From a virus, in the IMG/VR virus record IMGVR_UViG_3300025834_000005: 64,000 bases of DNA; one strand, written 5' to 3'. Below, piece after piece: positions 8,024-17,790 of the stretch. Positions within the stretch are counted from its first letter, which is position 1; each line of letters starts with the position of its first letter. The notes beneath the pieces were generated by a model that worked only from the letters and a program-made list of their open reading frames with translations, made no database searches and was not told the DNA's origin. The translations under genes and the position numbers were made by a program.

Positions 8024-8491
8024 ATGAAAGTAAAAGAGCCTTTATCATCAGAATTTCAATTAGGTTATTATGTCGGAGAATTTATTGTTCATCGATTTCT
8101 ACCCACTATTGATGTTGAGTGCCAAGGGGCAACAACACAAGTTATCCATGTGTCTGATAATGATAAAGCTGAATATGAAAGGCTTAGCGATGCGCATCAC
8201 CAATCATATGATCGTAATAACCCAAAGGCAAACGCAATTGAGTGGGAAGCTTATCGTAAATGCTCTCGTGAGTTGCAGGAAAAGTATATGCCTGAAACTC
8301 TATTATGCTACTTAAATCCTCTTACCATTACAAATATGGATGAATTTAAGTTAGGTTTATGGGATTCATTATGGAATTCAGATGTTTGCTCTTATGACAT
8401 ACAGCCTGAGAACATAAAAATTTATGATGACATAACAGCAACAGGTCACATATTTTTCACAATTATTGAATTTAAATTAAGAACAGAATAA
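8024..8491 (+). CDS. hypothetical protein
   Basis: ORF track; promoter motif upstream. Confidence 0.65.
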   Translation: MKVKEPLSSEFQLGYYVGEFIVHRFLPTIDVECQGATTQVIHVSDNDKAEYERLSDAHHQSYDRNNPKANAIEWEAYRKCSRELQEKYMPETLLCYLNPLTITNMDEFKLGLWDSLWNSDVCSYDIQPENIKIYDDITATGHIFFTIIEFKLRTE

Positions 8492-8492
8492 G

Positions 8493-8693
8493 ATGGAAGA
8501 TAAGAAATTTAAAGAAACGACTACAATTACTCTCAAAGAATACATAGATTTAAGGTATTTCAGGAGAAACATCGATGGAAAATTTACATTAAAAGTAATG
8601 AAACGTCAGTATGGTGTAAAAAGACTCCAATACATGTCAACAGAAGATGCCGTTTTGGAAATATCTGAACAGAAAGTTAACCAACGAGAATGA
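8493..8693 (+). CDS. hypothetical protein
   Basis: ORF track. Confidence 0.55.
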   Translation: MEDKKFKETTTITLKEYIDLRYFRRNIDGKFTLKVMKRQYGVKRLQYMSTEDAVLEISEQKVNQRE

Positions 8694-8805
8694 GACGTTA
8701 TCAGAAATGTGGATAAAAAGTGCGAAAGAACTCAATAGCCTGAAAAGGGACTTAGCAAAAATGTCGATCTGGCAATTTATCAAATGGGGACATACCGTTT
8801 AAATC

Positions 8806-9174
8806 ATGAGGAAAATAACCATTAAGTACGATAAAAGCACAATTCTCGACGATGTGTTAAAAGTTGTTGAATACCCTTGTCGAATAAACATCATAAAAAT
8901 GCTTGACAATGATGTATATGATTACAACTATGAGTTTTACGCTGGTTCATGGGCGCATGATTGTATTCGAGACGTAAAGGTTGCGTTGTATCTGGACGAT
9001 GACACAAAAAATCTTCAAGATGGACTTGTAATCATAACAATTTTTGAGGAAAAAGAATATGTCGATCATGTGATTAAAGAAGGTGGAAAGATTTGTTCAG
9101 ACACTCGTCATAAGCTAATTATAGCCTCTGATTATGATATTATTAATTATTATAAAAAGATTTCTGGAAAATAA
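8806..9174 (+). CDS. hypothetical protein
   Basis: ORF track. Confidence 0.6.
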   Translation: MRKITIKYDKSTILDDVLKVVEYPCRINIIKMLDNDVYDYNYEFYAGSWAHDCIRDVKVALYLDDDTKNLQDGLVIITIFEEKEYVDHVIKEGGKICSDTRHKLIIASDYDIINYYKKISGK

Positions 9175-9332
9175 TTTTACTTAGGTGTATTTACAACTAT
9201 TTATAGTAAATATGATGAACTGTAAATATGTGTATTAATTTAATGGCTATTTTAAAAATATAGCACATTTTTTGTGACATATCGATATTTATCATGTGAT
9301 ATATAAATAATGACAATTAAAAATGTTATATC

Positions 9333-9929
9333 ATGTCAAATAATAATATAAGCAAAGAACCTAAGAGAAGTTTGCTTAAAAAAATCTCTGATGATATAGT
9401 GCATCACAAATATCTCATATTTGCACTTACTGTTTACTTTGGTTTAGCGATATTTTTCATTCCGCCATTAATGCATCAATTAAATTCGTGGAAGTCTATC
9501 AGTAAAAATATCTCAGGAATAAACTACATTAATAACAAAGACCGTTCAATCAGCTTCGGAAATCGCAGTTATGCTGAAATGATACCATCAGATAGCATAC
9601 CTAAATTACTCTACTTTTTTGATTGCGCTGATAAATTAGCTGAATACTGCAACACAAATTCAACTCCCGATCTTGAAAGAGTTATTGGCAATATTTGTGG
9701 ATATGAGTTAACATTCAGACATTCATATGAAGTTAATATGATCATAATAACATATGACAATATTAACGTCTCAATCATTTCAAATAATAAATCAGAATAT
9801 TTCGTAAAAGTATTAACAACTGAGCGAAATTATTATTACGATCATTTAACTGCAAATATTGACGTTATGATACGTACCAATACCGAATTGGATAAGATTA
9901 CGGAAGATTTAAAACAAAAACACTATTAA
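9333..9929 (+). CDS. membrane-anchored hypothetical protein
   Basis: ORF track; N-terminal TM YLIFALTVYFGLAIFFIPPL. Confidence 0.6.
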   Translation: MSNNNISKEPKRSLLKKISDDIVHHKYLIFALTVYFGLAIFFIPPLMHQLNSWKSISKNISGINYINNKDRSISFGNRSYAEMIPSDSIPKLLYFFDCADKLAEYCNTNSTPDLERVIGNICGYELTFRHSYEVNMIIITYDNINVSIISNNKSEYFVKVLTTERNYYYDHLTANIDVMIRTNTELDKITEDLKQKHY

Positions 9930-9953
9930 TTAAAACAAATATCATAAATATTG

Positions 9954-9988
9954 AAAAAAGGTTGCATTAATTTGTAACCTTTTTTTTA
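9954..9988 (+). terminator. hairpin + T-run whose 3' arm is the promoter box 1
   Basis: AAAAAAGGTTGCA 9954-9966 pairs with TGTAACCTTTTTT 9973-9985. Confidence 0.6.
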
Positions 9989-10002
9989 TGTCTACGTATA
10001 AT
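9973..10002 (+). promoter_or_regulatory. phage promoter-like bipartite motif
   Basis: TGTAACC 9973; TACGTATAAT 9993; ATG 10018. Confidence 0.7.
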
Positions 10003-10017
10003 GAAGAAAACAATTAT

Positions 10018-10245
10018 ATGAAAGCATTTTTTAAAAAATTTATAATTTCATTATGGGCTGCAAGATACACTGTATGCGTGGCGTGGTTATTCTTTTTTTG
10101 CATAGCTCTTGCAGGTAAAACACCTCATACAATATTCATCAATTTTCTTATAAGCGGAGCATTTTCATTAGGCATATGTTCTATATTTATAATATTAATC
10201 ATAACAGGAATTTATCCGATAATTTATCATGACAAATACAGGTAA
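10018..10245 (+). CDS. membrane protein
   Basis: Track ORF 9988.. trimmed to ATG 10018 downstream of the motif; several TM stretches. Confidence 0.6.
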   Translation: MKAFFKKFIISLWAARYTVCVAWLFFFCIALAGKTPHTIFINFLISGAFSLGICSIFIILIITGIYPIIYHDKYR

Positions 10246-10489
10246 AAAAATACCAATAACGGCGGCTAAAGCCATTGCTAATAACTATGGTTATACGCAA
10301 GTGATCATACATGCCTATGATGGCGAAACAGGCATTCAGAGTGTTGCTACCTTTGGTAAGACACTTGACGATTGTAAAAATGCTGCCGAGGGCGGTAATG
10401 TGATAAAACGACTGATGGGCTGGCCTGAAGAAATGTGCCATGCAGCACCAGCAAGAAGAACAAAAAAACCAAAAACAGACGCATTATGA
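10229..10489 (+). CDS. hypothetical protein
   Basis: ORF track. Confidence 0.55.
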   Translation: MTNTGKKIPITAAKAIANNYGYTQVIIHAYDGETGIQSVATFGKTLDDCKNAAEGGNVIKRLMGWPEEMCHAAPARRTKKPKTDAL

Positions 10490-10794
10490 GAAGTTTAATA
10501 TCAGCTATCGCCATGAAATTATTCATAGTATTGACTTTTTTTGTTGGCGTTTATATGATTTCATGTACGCCAGATACCAAAACATATGCCGAAACTGTGA
10601 AAAAAGACTTACCAGTCGTAAACGGCTATCAACAATACGTTTGCGTTATTGATAGTTGTGAATATTTAGTATCAGGCACTGGTAATTCTCAAAACATGTG
10701 TCATAAAGGTAATTGTAAATTTTGTGCTGAACGTAGAAAAAAAGAACTTGTAACCTTTTTTAATGAATTACGTACAACCAATCAAAAACATTAA
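10486..10794 (+). CDS. putative lipoprotein, Cys-rich
   Basis: Track ORF trimmed to ATG 10486 (ATGA overlap); signal peptide ending VYMISC. Confidence 0.6.
   Translation: MRSLISAIAMKLFIVLTFFVGVYMISCTPDTKTYAETVKKDLPVVNGYQQYVCVIDSCEYLVSGTGNSQNMCHKGNCKFCAERRKKELVTFFNELRTTNQKH
10749..10778 (+). promoter_or_regulatory. phage promoter-like motif (variant, inside 3' end of upstream CDS)
   Basis: TGTAACC 10749; TACGTACAAC 10769; ATG 10801. Confidence 0.55.
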
Positions 10795-10800
10795 AATAAT

Positions 10801-11214
10801 ATGGAAACAAAATTATCGACATTCGCAGAAGTTGCCGAAAAAACGGAAAGAAAATTGGTTGAATATGTTGTTGGGTCTATTGAAGGACACAATGGCGACT
10901 GTTTCGTAAAATTTACAGCAGATATTAACGACTTATTCCGTAAGGCAACTTTAAACGTCAAGCAACTAAGCGATTTCGCAATTAACGTTGAGAGTACTGA
11001 TTATAATGGCAGGTTCACACTTAATGTGGTCGGTATGGGTTTTGAGAAAATCGAGAAGTATAACGAGCGTGTCGCAAGAATCCTCACCCAAACCAATGAG
11101 AAGGAAAAACGGAAACAGCGAAAGGAAGCTGATGAAGCTGATCGTAAAGCTATTAAATATCAGCATTATCTGGAAATGAAACAATGGGCTGAGGAAAATG
11201 GATTAAAATCTTAA
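10801..11214 (+). CDS. hypothetical protein
   Basis: ORF track. Confidence 0.65.
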   Translation: METKLSTFAEVAEKTERKLVEYVVGSIEGHNGDCFVKFTADINDLFRKATLNVKQLSDFAINVESTDYNGRFTLNVVGMGFEKIEKYNERVARILTQTNEKEKRKQRKEADEADRKAIKYQHYLEMKQWAEENGLKS

Positions 11215-11224
11215 TAAAAAAATC

Positions 11225-11503
11225 ATGGACGAATTTAAAAATCCTTTATGGTCTATACCATTAAATCCAATTCCAAGTGATTCTCACATAGTATACTGTG
11301 GAAATGGTATTAGCTTCGAGTTTAAATGCACAAAGCTAATGGACTTGTCAAGTAAAGAAGTGCTCGACTACATTAAGTTACTCGAAAGTCAGTCTTTTGA
11401 TGGATGGTCAGAAGATGATGAAAAAGGCTATCGCACAGCATGTATCTCAATAACGGAAAAAATTAAGAAACTTACAAATAAATTACAAAATGAAATTAAG
11501 TAA
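11225..11503 (+). CDS. hypothetical protein
   Basis: ORF track. Confidence 0.6.
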   Translation: MDEFKNPLWSIPLNPIPSDSHIVYCGNGISFEFKCTKLMDLSSKEVLDYIKLLESQSFDGWSEDDEKGYRTACISITEKIKKLTNKLQNEIK

Positions 11504-12047
11504 AATAATTGATAATATCGATAAATCCAGTCTAAATGAATCATATGTGTCTGATTACGGCATGTTTGAATTGTTTGGCTTGGATTATTACACAGCTAAC
11601 GTTGAGTTATCGAGAATTACAGCATATTTCTATTGTAAATGGATATGCACAGACTCATGGGTCGGCGGTAGGGCGTATTTCCTTGATGGCGTATTTGTAG
11701 CAACTTCGTGGCAACAAAATAGAAAAGGTGATGAAGATTTTAAATGGGTTTCCCAAGAATCTTACACTAAAGTTAAAAATTATCTTTTGTCATTATGTGG
11801 CGCAAGTCCAGATGTTTTCGAAACTGTTGATCTTGAAGAAGAAATGGGTTACGGCTATCGGGTTCAATATGGCGAAGAATTATTAACCAAAGAAGTGCTT
11901 TACAACGGTAAGCTTGTGGAAGTTACGAAAACATGGAGAACTATGGATGACGTAAAAAAATGGAGCATGATCGAAATCAATGATGACGGTGAATTAAAAA
12001 CAATTCATGTCGGCGAATTCCTTGTACCTTATAACATAAAAAAATGA
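11490..12047 (+). CDS. hypothetical protein
   Basis: ORF track. Confidence 0.65.
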   Translation: MKLSKIIDNIDKSSLNESYVSDYGMFELFGLDYYTANVELSRITAYFYCKWICTDSWVGGRAYFLDGVFVATSWQQNRKGDEDFKWVSQESYTKVKNYLLSLCGASPDVFETVDLEEEMGYGYRVQYGEELLTKEVLYNGKLVEVTKTWRTMDDVKKWSMIEINDDGELKTIHVGEFLVPYNIKK

Positions 12048-12319
12048 AACTATCAAAGGTACAGGAAAATGCTGTCTCTAAAATGAGACAAGGCTATGAA
12101 TTAGGATGCTGGCGTGGTGTAGCAAGAGGTGCTCACTTTTCCCTTCAAAAAGGTGGCTGTGGAATGGGTGGTGATGCTTTTAGCATAACACTAACCACTT
12201 TTCATTCATTACTGGATAAGGGGATTATTCAGCCATACGGCGAATTTTCATTCAGACTTGTCAGGTATGAATTAACTGAGTTAGGTAAAACAATTAAATT
12301 AACAATAGCAGATGAATAA
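12044..12319 (+). CDS. hypothetical protein
   Basis: ORF track; ATGA overlap. Confidence 0.6.
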   Translation: MKLSKVQENAVSKMRQGYELGCWRGVARGAHFSLQKGGCGMGGDAFSITLTTFHSLLDKGIIQPYGEFSFRLVRYELTELGKTIKLTIADE

Positions 12320-12584
12320 AGTTACCAATAAATTAGAGGTCTGGCATTATCCACAAGTGCCTTGTGAACCTTTTCGTGTTTCAGTTGTGGATGAAGCTAT
12401 GGCTGATATAGTTGTGAATATGCTTGCAGATCAGCATCTTTTTCTATATGAAAAGAATATGATCGGTGACTATAACAATATTATCTCCGTAATGATGTAT
12501 GACGAAGACACTGATACATGGGAAGAATATTATAATGTTGAGGATGATATGGACTTCGACGAATTTGTTGAGGCATTTCTGTAA
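12312..12584 (+). CDS. hypothetical acidic protein
   Basis: ORF track. Confidence 0.6.
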   Translation: MNKVTNKLEVWHYPQVPCEPFRVSVVDEAMADIVVNMLADQHLFLYEKNMIGDYNNIISVMMYDEDTDTWEEYYNVEDDMDFDEFVEAFL

Positions 12585-12609
12585 CATTTTATACTCATTT
12601 ACGTATAAC
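12580..12609 (+). promoter_or_regulatory. phage promoter-like bipartite motif
   Basis: TGTAACA 12580 (overlaps stop); TACGTATAAC 12600; ATG 12627. Confidence 0.7.
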
Positions 12610-12626
12610 ATAGAAAAATTAGTATT

Positions 12627-12839
12627 ATGGGAATAATGAACTGGATTAGGAATTTAGGGTCTCCAAAAGCAAAGGCATACGTTGAGCCACTGCCAGCCAT
12701 TTGTAGATGTGGTAAAAATGGTTATGACTGCACAGTGTATAACGATCAAGAGAATGCAAAAGGATTCGCATACAATGAACCACTTTGTTTGGATTGTATG
12801 AAAGTACTTTGCGAGAAAGGGTGTTTAGTTGCACTATGA
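12627..12839 (+). CDS. small Cys-rich protein
   Basis: ORF track. Confidence 0.55.
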   Translation: MGIMNWIRNLGSPKAKAYVEPLPAICRCGKNGYDCTVYNDQENAKGFAYNEPLCLDCMKVLCEKGCLVAL

Positions 12840-13021
12840 GAGATTTATTTAAAAGTGCTGGAGCTAAGTTCATCGGGCTTGGTGGTATTCATTGCCAATG
12901 TTGCGATAGTAAGATGTCTACCAAACGAAAGAGTAAAAGGACTAAGCACCTTTTCTCACGTATCAGACGTTCTATTTTAAAACGTAATACCATTAAAGAA
13001 ATTCGTGATGAAACAAATTAA
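12836..13021 (+). CDS. small basic protein
   Basis: Track ORF 12785.. trimmed to ATG 12836 (ATGA overlap). Confidence 0.5.
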   Translation: MRDLFKSAGAKFIGLGGIHCQCCDSKMSTKRKSKRTKHLFSRIRRSILKRNTIKEIRDETN

Positions 13022-13220
13022 ATATCATCTGGAATATAAGCCTGTACTATCATTTACAATGGTTGACGTTCCTAATGAACCAATCATACATGAAATTCAG
13101 CCGTTTATGTTCAGTTCTGAACAAATGAAAGCAATAGAAGATTACATTATTGCAATGAACAAATATGCTGACGAATATATGAATACATTATTAATACCTT
13201 CAAAACACCTACAAAAATGA
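13005..13220 (+). CDS. hypothetical protein
   Basis: ORF track. Confidence 0.55.
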   Translation: MMKQIKYHLEYKPVLSFTMVDVPNEPIIHEIQPFMFSSEQMKAIEDYIIAMNKYADEYMNTLLIPSKHLQK

Positions 13221-13657
13221 AAGATCATGAACTCTTATTTAAAATTGAATGCGAAAAATTCTTACCTTTATATATTCGCTCCAATAGTCAGAATTACAAA
13301 CTATATGTATCTCTTCTGGGTGGTGACTGGAAGCATTTTGAGTATGTGAGATTCGATGGCGATGAATATGACTTTTCGAATGATATTCTTACTCTTGAAT
13401 ATGATGGCACATGGACAATTGACACAGCCATTGCCGATTACATGATTGAATTAAAAAGGCTGGACTATACAATCCTTAATGAAATTGTATCTAAAGATAC
13501 ATTATTCAAGAGAGAATTGACACAGCTTATTAATAAGTATAGCAAAGATAACGATAGTAATACGCCAGACTATATTTTGGCTGAGTATCTAATCAACTGC
13601 CTGAATGCCTTTACGATAGCAAAAAACACAATCGACGAACGTAATGCGAGAGGATAG
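13217..13657 (+). CDS. hypothetical protein
   Basis: ORF track; ATGA overlap. Confidence 0.65.
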   Translation: MKDHELLFKIECEKFLPLYIRSNSQNYKLYVSLLGGDWKHFEYVRFDGDEYDFSNDILTLEYDGTWTIDTAIADYMIELKRLDYTILNEIVSKDTLFKRELTQLINKYSKDNDSNTPDYILAEYLINCLNAFTIAKNTIDERNARG

Positions 13658-14000
13658 CGATAAAGTCATAATTGCTGACTTAAAACGAATAGTTAAGGAG
13701 CATCCTAATCTAAAAACAGTTAGGGCTGCATATAGATTTTTAGAATTATTAGACCTTAATAAGCAACTATATGCGGTCAACTGGCGATTTGCGTCCTCTT
13801 TTTTAAGGCGATATAAGATAGATGATGTTACATATAACGGCTATCCTTGTATCGTAACACAACGTTGGCATGGCGATTATTTTGATTTACAGACTAAATC
13901 AGAAACCGAAAAATATATTATAGAGGTATATTTGAGTGTAGGTGGCGAAGAAATTCGTGAACAAGGAAATGATCATTTGGAAAGGGATTTAGATTACTAA
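13644..14000 (+). CDS. hypothetical protein
   Basis: ORF track. Confidence 0.6.
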   Translation: MREDSDKVIIADLKRIVKEHPNLKTVRAAYRFLELLDLNKQLYAVNWRFASSFLRRYKIDDVTYNGYPCIVTQRWHGDYFDLQTKSETEKYIIEVYLSVGGEEIREQGNDHLERDLDY

Positions 14001-14539
14001 TGGGAAGACTTAAAAGAACACAGATAAAATCGCCGAAAGGCAAAGTAGTGTCATTAGTCGAAATGGAAGAATCCATTGCGAGATTATTTGGCATAAGAAT
14101 TAATATAATTGTTCCCAACATATCATGGGGTTTGGGTGGAATGCATGAATGCGACTTACTAATTGTTAGACCGTCTGGATATGCTATTGAGGTTGAGATT
14201 AAACGTTCGAAGTCTGATCTTAAAGCCGACTTTAAAAAGAAACATGATCACTCAGATAAGAGGATTCAGAAATTCTACTATGCATTACCAGAAGAATTAT
14301 TAGCCTCTTGTATCGAGTTAATTCCAGATAGATGTGGAATAATTACCGTTTCTAAATTAAGAGGCGGAGTTCAAGCAAAAATTCACAGAGACATTAAAGC
14401 TGGCACATGTAGAAAACTAACTGATGCTGAAATGTTTAAAGTCGCTAAGCTCGGAGTAATGCGAGTATGGAATTTAAAAAGAAAGCTTGCCGTTGCAAAT
14501 GATAAAATCGAAGAGTTAAAAATTGATAAAATTTTGTAA
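14000..14539 (+). CDS. PD-(D/E)xK nuclease-like protein (MmcB-like)
   Basis: HECDLLIV...AIEVEIKRSKSDL fits a D...E-x-K core; assigned from the motif only. Confidence 0.5.
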   Translation: MGRLKRTQIKSPKGKVVSLVEMEESIARLFGIRINIIVPNISWGLGGMHECDLLIVRPSGYAIEVEIKRSKSDLKADFKKKHDHSDKRIQKFYYALPEELLASCIELIPDRCGIITVSKLRGGVQAKIHRDIKAGTCRKLTDAEMFKVAKLGVMRVWNLKRKLAVANDKIEELKIDKIL

Positions 14540-14564
14540 CCTTTTTTATTAGTTTACGTATAAC
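14535..14564 (+). promoter_or_regulatory. phage promoter-like bipartite motif
   Basis: TGTAACC 14535 (overlaps stop); TACGTATAAC 14555; ATG 14583. Confidence 0.7.
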
Positions 14565-14582
14565 AGTGAAAATAACAATTAA

Positions 14583-15716
14583 ATGAAAAGAATAAGTATT
14601 CAACCACGTAAGGATTATATTCAGAAACTGGAAGCTATTTCCTTTAATTTCCACACCATTGATGGAGTATATTGGGATGAATCAGCGTACTACGCATTCA
14701 ATATGCGTCAGGTAGAGCAGATCGAAAAAGCTACCAATGATCTATTCGAAATGATGCTCACAGCCGTTCAGTATGTAATTGATAAAAAGCTTTATAATAG
14801 GTTAAAAATCGATAACAAGATGATTGCCTTAATTGAGCAGTCATGGGAAGACGAACACCCAAGCGTGTATGGTCGATTTGATTTCGGATATGATGGAATC
14901 GGCACTCCTAAGATGTTAGAGTTTAATGCTGATACGCCAACATCGTTGTATGAGGGTTCTGTCGTACAATGGCACTGGATGCAAGAAATGTTTAAAGACA
15001 AAGATCAGTTTAATTCAATCCATGAAAAGCTCATAGCATATTGGGAAAGCTGTTTGAGTTACTTTGCTGATGAAACTGTTTATTTCACATCTGCCGACAC
15101 TATCGAAGATTTTACAACTGTTGAATATCTTCGAGACACTGCCTCACAAGCTGGACTTGATACAAAATTCATTGACATTAAAGACATTGGGTGGGATAAT
15201 AACAATCTCGAATTCATTGATATGGACGGTAATAAGATTGTAAACATCTTTAAACTATATCCTTGGGAATGGCTTATCGATGAAGAGTTTGGCAAGAATA
15301 TTTTAATCGAAAGAGAAAATACAATATGGTTTGAGCCAGCTTGGAAAGCAATTTTAAGTAACAAAGGTATTCTACCTATCTTATGGCAATTGTTTCCAAA
15401 TCATGAAAACCTTTTACCAGCCTATTTCGACTCATGTCACGAAATGAAAGATTATGTTAAGAAACCAATCTACTCTCGTGAAGGTGCAAACGTTACAATT
15501 TATCGTAACGGCGAAATCGTAGAATCATCAGATGGCGAATACGGCGAAGACGGCTATATCTATCAGGAATTCTATCAATTACCGTGTTTTAATGAGAACT
15601 ACCCAATCATAGGTAGTTGGGTTATCGGTGGCGAAAGTGCTGGAATGGGAATCAGAGAATGTAAAACTTTAATCACTGATAACATGAGCCGATTTGTACC
15701 ACACATCATAATTTAA
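14583..15716 (+). CDS. glutathionylspermidine synthase-like ATP-grasp amidoligase (YgiC/YjfC family)
   Basis: YGRFDFGYDG...MLEFNADTPTSLYE and C-terminal KPIYSREGANV...GGESAGMGIRE are typical of GSP_synth. Confidence 0.8.
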   Translation: MKRISIQPRKDYIQKLEAISFNFHTIDGVYWDESAYYAFNMRQVEQIEKATNDLFEMMLTAVQYVIDKKLYNRLKIDNKMIALIEQSWEDEHPSVYGRFDFGYDGIGTPKMLEFNADTPTSLYEGSVVQWHWMQEMFKDKDQFNSIHEKLIAYWESCLSYFADETVYFTSADTIEDFTTVEYLRDTASQAGLDTKFIDIKDIGWDNNNLEFIDMDGNKIVNIFKLYPWEWLIDEEFGKNILIERENTIWFEPAWKAILSNKGILPILWQLFPNHENLLPAYFDSCHEMKDYVKKPIYSREGANVTIYRNGEIVESSDGEYGEDGYIYQEFYQLPCFNENYPIIGSWVIGGESAGMGIRECKTLITDNMSRFVPHIII

Positions 15717-15719
15717 CAT

Positions 15720-16049
15720 ATGAGACGTAAAGTAACAGAAGAACAATTTGAAGCATTAGATGCTATTAAAGGTAAACGAATATTATTTGCAGGTTCAATT
15801 CACATTTTTTCAAATCCTGTGTATGAACTATGTGAGGAAAGACGAGGCATTTTACAACAGTATAAGACACTGCGATATCTAACTGATTTAACTGTTGCAT
15901 ACGTTGATAAGGTTGAGGGAACAATTCATCGTGGCAAAGCAAATGACAGATCATTAAAAATGATATTTTATCTCAACTTAAAAGATTGTCGTAAGGCATA
16001 TTTAACAATCGAAAAGCAATTTGAGGCTTTTAATCAGGAAATTAATTAA
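15720..16049 (+). CDS. hypothetical protein
   Basis: ORF track. Confidence 0.6.
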   Translation: MRRKVTEEQFEALDAIKGKRILFAGSIHIFSNPVYELCEERRGILQQYKTLRYLTDLTVAYVDKVEGTIHRGKANDRSLKMIFYLNLKDCRKAYLTIEKQFEAFNQEIN

Positions 16050-16068
16050 CAATTATAAAAGAAGAAGT

Positions 16069-16425
16069 ATGAAGCAATTTTTATTTATCGCAAGCTTGAT
16101 GATCTTATTCGTCGCTTGCAACGATCAGAAGCCACTTGAAGGCGAAAAAATGGTACGTGATACCAAAGCATCTATTTTCACGACAATTCAAACCAAGCAT
16201 GTAGCTGGCTTTGATATCCGTTACACGACTGACACTATACATAATGAGTTGGGTATGGTTGTGAAAGTATTCTCGCATGTTGACACTATTCCTCAAATGG
16301 GTATGACCAAAGACACTCTTGCCACAGGTCGCACATACAGAGATAGTGACGATAATGAAATCGAAAAGGACACAATTATTGTGCATCCTAAAGACTATCA
16401 GATGTATATTTCCGTAAAAAATTAA
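16069..16425 (+). CDS. putative lipoprotein
   Basis: Track ORF trimmed to MKQFLFIASLMILFVAC (lipobox-like). Confidence 0.65.
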   Translation: MKQFLFIASLMILFVACNDQKPLEGEKMVRDTKASIFTTIQTKHVAGFDIRYTTDTIHNELGMVVKVFSHVDTIPQMGMTKDTLATGRTYRDSDDNEIEKDTIIVHPKDYQMYISVKN

Positions 16426-16427
16426 GG

Positions 16428-16787
16428 ATGAAAAAGAGCAAAGCAATTTCAATCGGCTTACTGGCATTGTCTATCGCTGCATGTACCAGTAATGAAAAAA
16501 GGCAGCGACAAAATGTCGTAGGACAACCTAATTATTACGTTGATAATGGTCAAGGGTATCAACGTGGTGGCGTATCGCCAATGTGGATTTTCTGGGCATA
16601 TCATATGGGTTCAATGGGTAGAGTTAGCTCATATCCAACATATGTTCATCAGAGCTATGGCAGAAATGGTTCATATCATATGGCATCCAATGGCAGACGC
16701 ACGACATTTTCGAAATCAACACCTATTTCGAGATCATCAGTTTCACGTGGAGGCTTTGGAAGTTCTGGACACTCAGCAAGTTCATAG
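16428..16787 (+). CDS. putative lipoprotein, Gly/Ser/Tyr-rich
   Basis: MKKSKAISIGLLALSIAAC signal. Confidence 0.65.
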   Translation: MKKSKAISIGLLALSIAACTSNEKRQRQNVVGQPNYYVDNGQGYQRGGVSPMWIFWAYHMGSMGRVSSYPTYVHQSYGRNGSYHMASNGRRTTFSKSTPISRSSVSRGGFGSSGHSASS

Positions 16788-16794
16788 TTTTAAC

Positions 16795-16828
16795 AAAAAG
16801 GTTCATTAATTTGTAACCTTTTTTTTCA
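16795..16828 (+). terminator. hairpin + T-run sharing the promoter box 1
   Basis: AAAAAGGTTCA 16795-16805 pairs with TGTAACCTTTTT 16812-16823 (1-nt bulge). Confidence 0.55.
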
Positions 16829-16840
16829 TTTACGTATAAC
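16812..16840 (+). promoter_or_regulatory. phage promoter-like bipartite motif
   Basis: TGTAACC 16812; TACGTATAAC 16831 (box offset 19 instead of 20); ATG 16857. Confidence 0.7.
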
Positions 16841-16856
16841 ATAGAAAACAACTATT

Positions 16857-17183
16857 ATGGATATTTTTAAAAATAAAGGTAAAGAGTTTACGGCTAATAT
16901 TGATGGCGTAAATTGTAAGGGTATCGTCGAAATTGAAGAACAGGATGTTTACTTATGTCAGTCAGAAAAAGATGGCAGTCCGTGTACAAATAAACAGGGT
17001 TTTGCTTTCTCATGGTTTGTTGGAGAGGCATCCAAGAATTTTTTATTGGATAAGGATTATGAAGTTCAGAACCTAATCATAAATGATGAAGAGGTTAATT
17101 TCAACGACTATAAAGTTCGTATGACACTTAATGAAATCGAGGTTAAGCTTGGACTTGAGAAAAATAGTCTAATAATCGTGTAA
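16857..17183 (+). CDS. hypothetical protein
   Basis: ORF track. Confidence 0.6.
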   Translation: MDIFKNKGKEFTANIDGVNCKGIVEIEEQDVYLCQSEKDGSPCTNKQGFAFSWFVGEASKNFLLDKDYEVQNLIINDEEVNFNDYKVRMTLNEIEVKLGLEKNSLIIV

Positions 17184-17208
17184 CCTTTTTTTTTCATTTA
17201 CGTATAAC
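17179..17208 (+). promoter_or_regulatory. phage promoter-like bipartite motif
   Basis: TGTAACC 17179 (contains the TAA stop); TACGTATAAC 17199; ATG 17234. Confidence 0.7.
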
Positions 17209-17233
17209 ATAGAAAATTAATACATTTAAGAAT

Positions 17234-17779
17234 ATGAAAGAAGATAATTTAGTAATTGGCGATGTCATTTTAATTAAAAATGGTCACAATGTAAATGTTA
17301 GTGGTGTACCTTCAAAATTTTTTATATCTAATCGGCGTTTCAGTTCTGAAACTCGTAATGAGGATGTTGTAATCGGTCACCTATATAAACTTGACGTTGA
17401 TATCGCTAAGTCGTTGAAATGTATTGCCCAACGCATTATAGAGGCATTCAGCTATGAAGGTGTAAAACTACCTGTCGCAGATGCCGTTCAATTTGCGACA
17501 GGTCATATTGACATACCTAAATCTGAAACATTTATAGTTAAAGGTGGCGAATTCGTTATCATTGATACCAAAATGGAAGGGGGAGGTTCTGCTATGGGTA
17601 ATCATGATTACTACCCAGATGCCTTAAGGGTATATTGTAAAAAATTACACGCCGATGGCACATATAATCCAGATGGTCAGGAAATTAAGTTTTATTACAA
17701 AAGCAGAAGTCATTCAAGTGGTATCACCGAAACCATTAAACCAATCGGAACTTTAAAAAAAGAAGTTACTTTTAAATAA
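17234..17779 (+). CDS. hypothetical protein
   Basis: ORF track. Confidence 0.65.
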   Translation: MKEDNLVIGDVILIKNGHNVNVSGVPSKFFISNRRFSSETRNEDVVIGHLYKLDVDIAKSLKCIAQRIIEAFSYEGVKLPVADAVQFATGHIDIPKSETFIVKGGEFVIIDTKMEGGGSAMGNHDYYPDALRVYCKKLHADGTYNPDGQEIKFYYKSRSHSSGITETIKPIGTLKKEVTFK

Positions 17780-17790
17780 AAAAATCAAAT

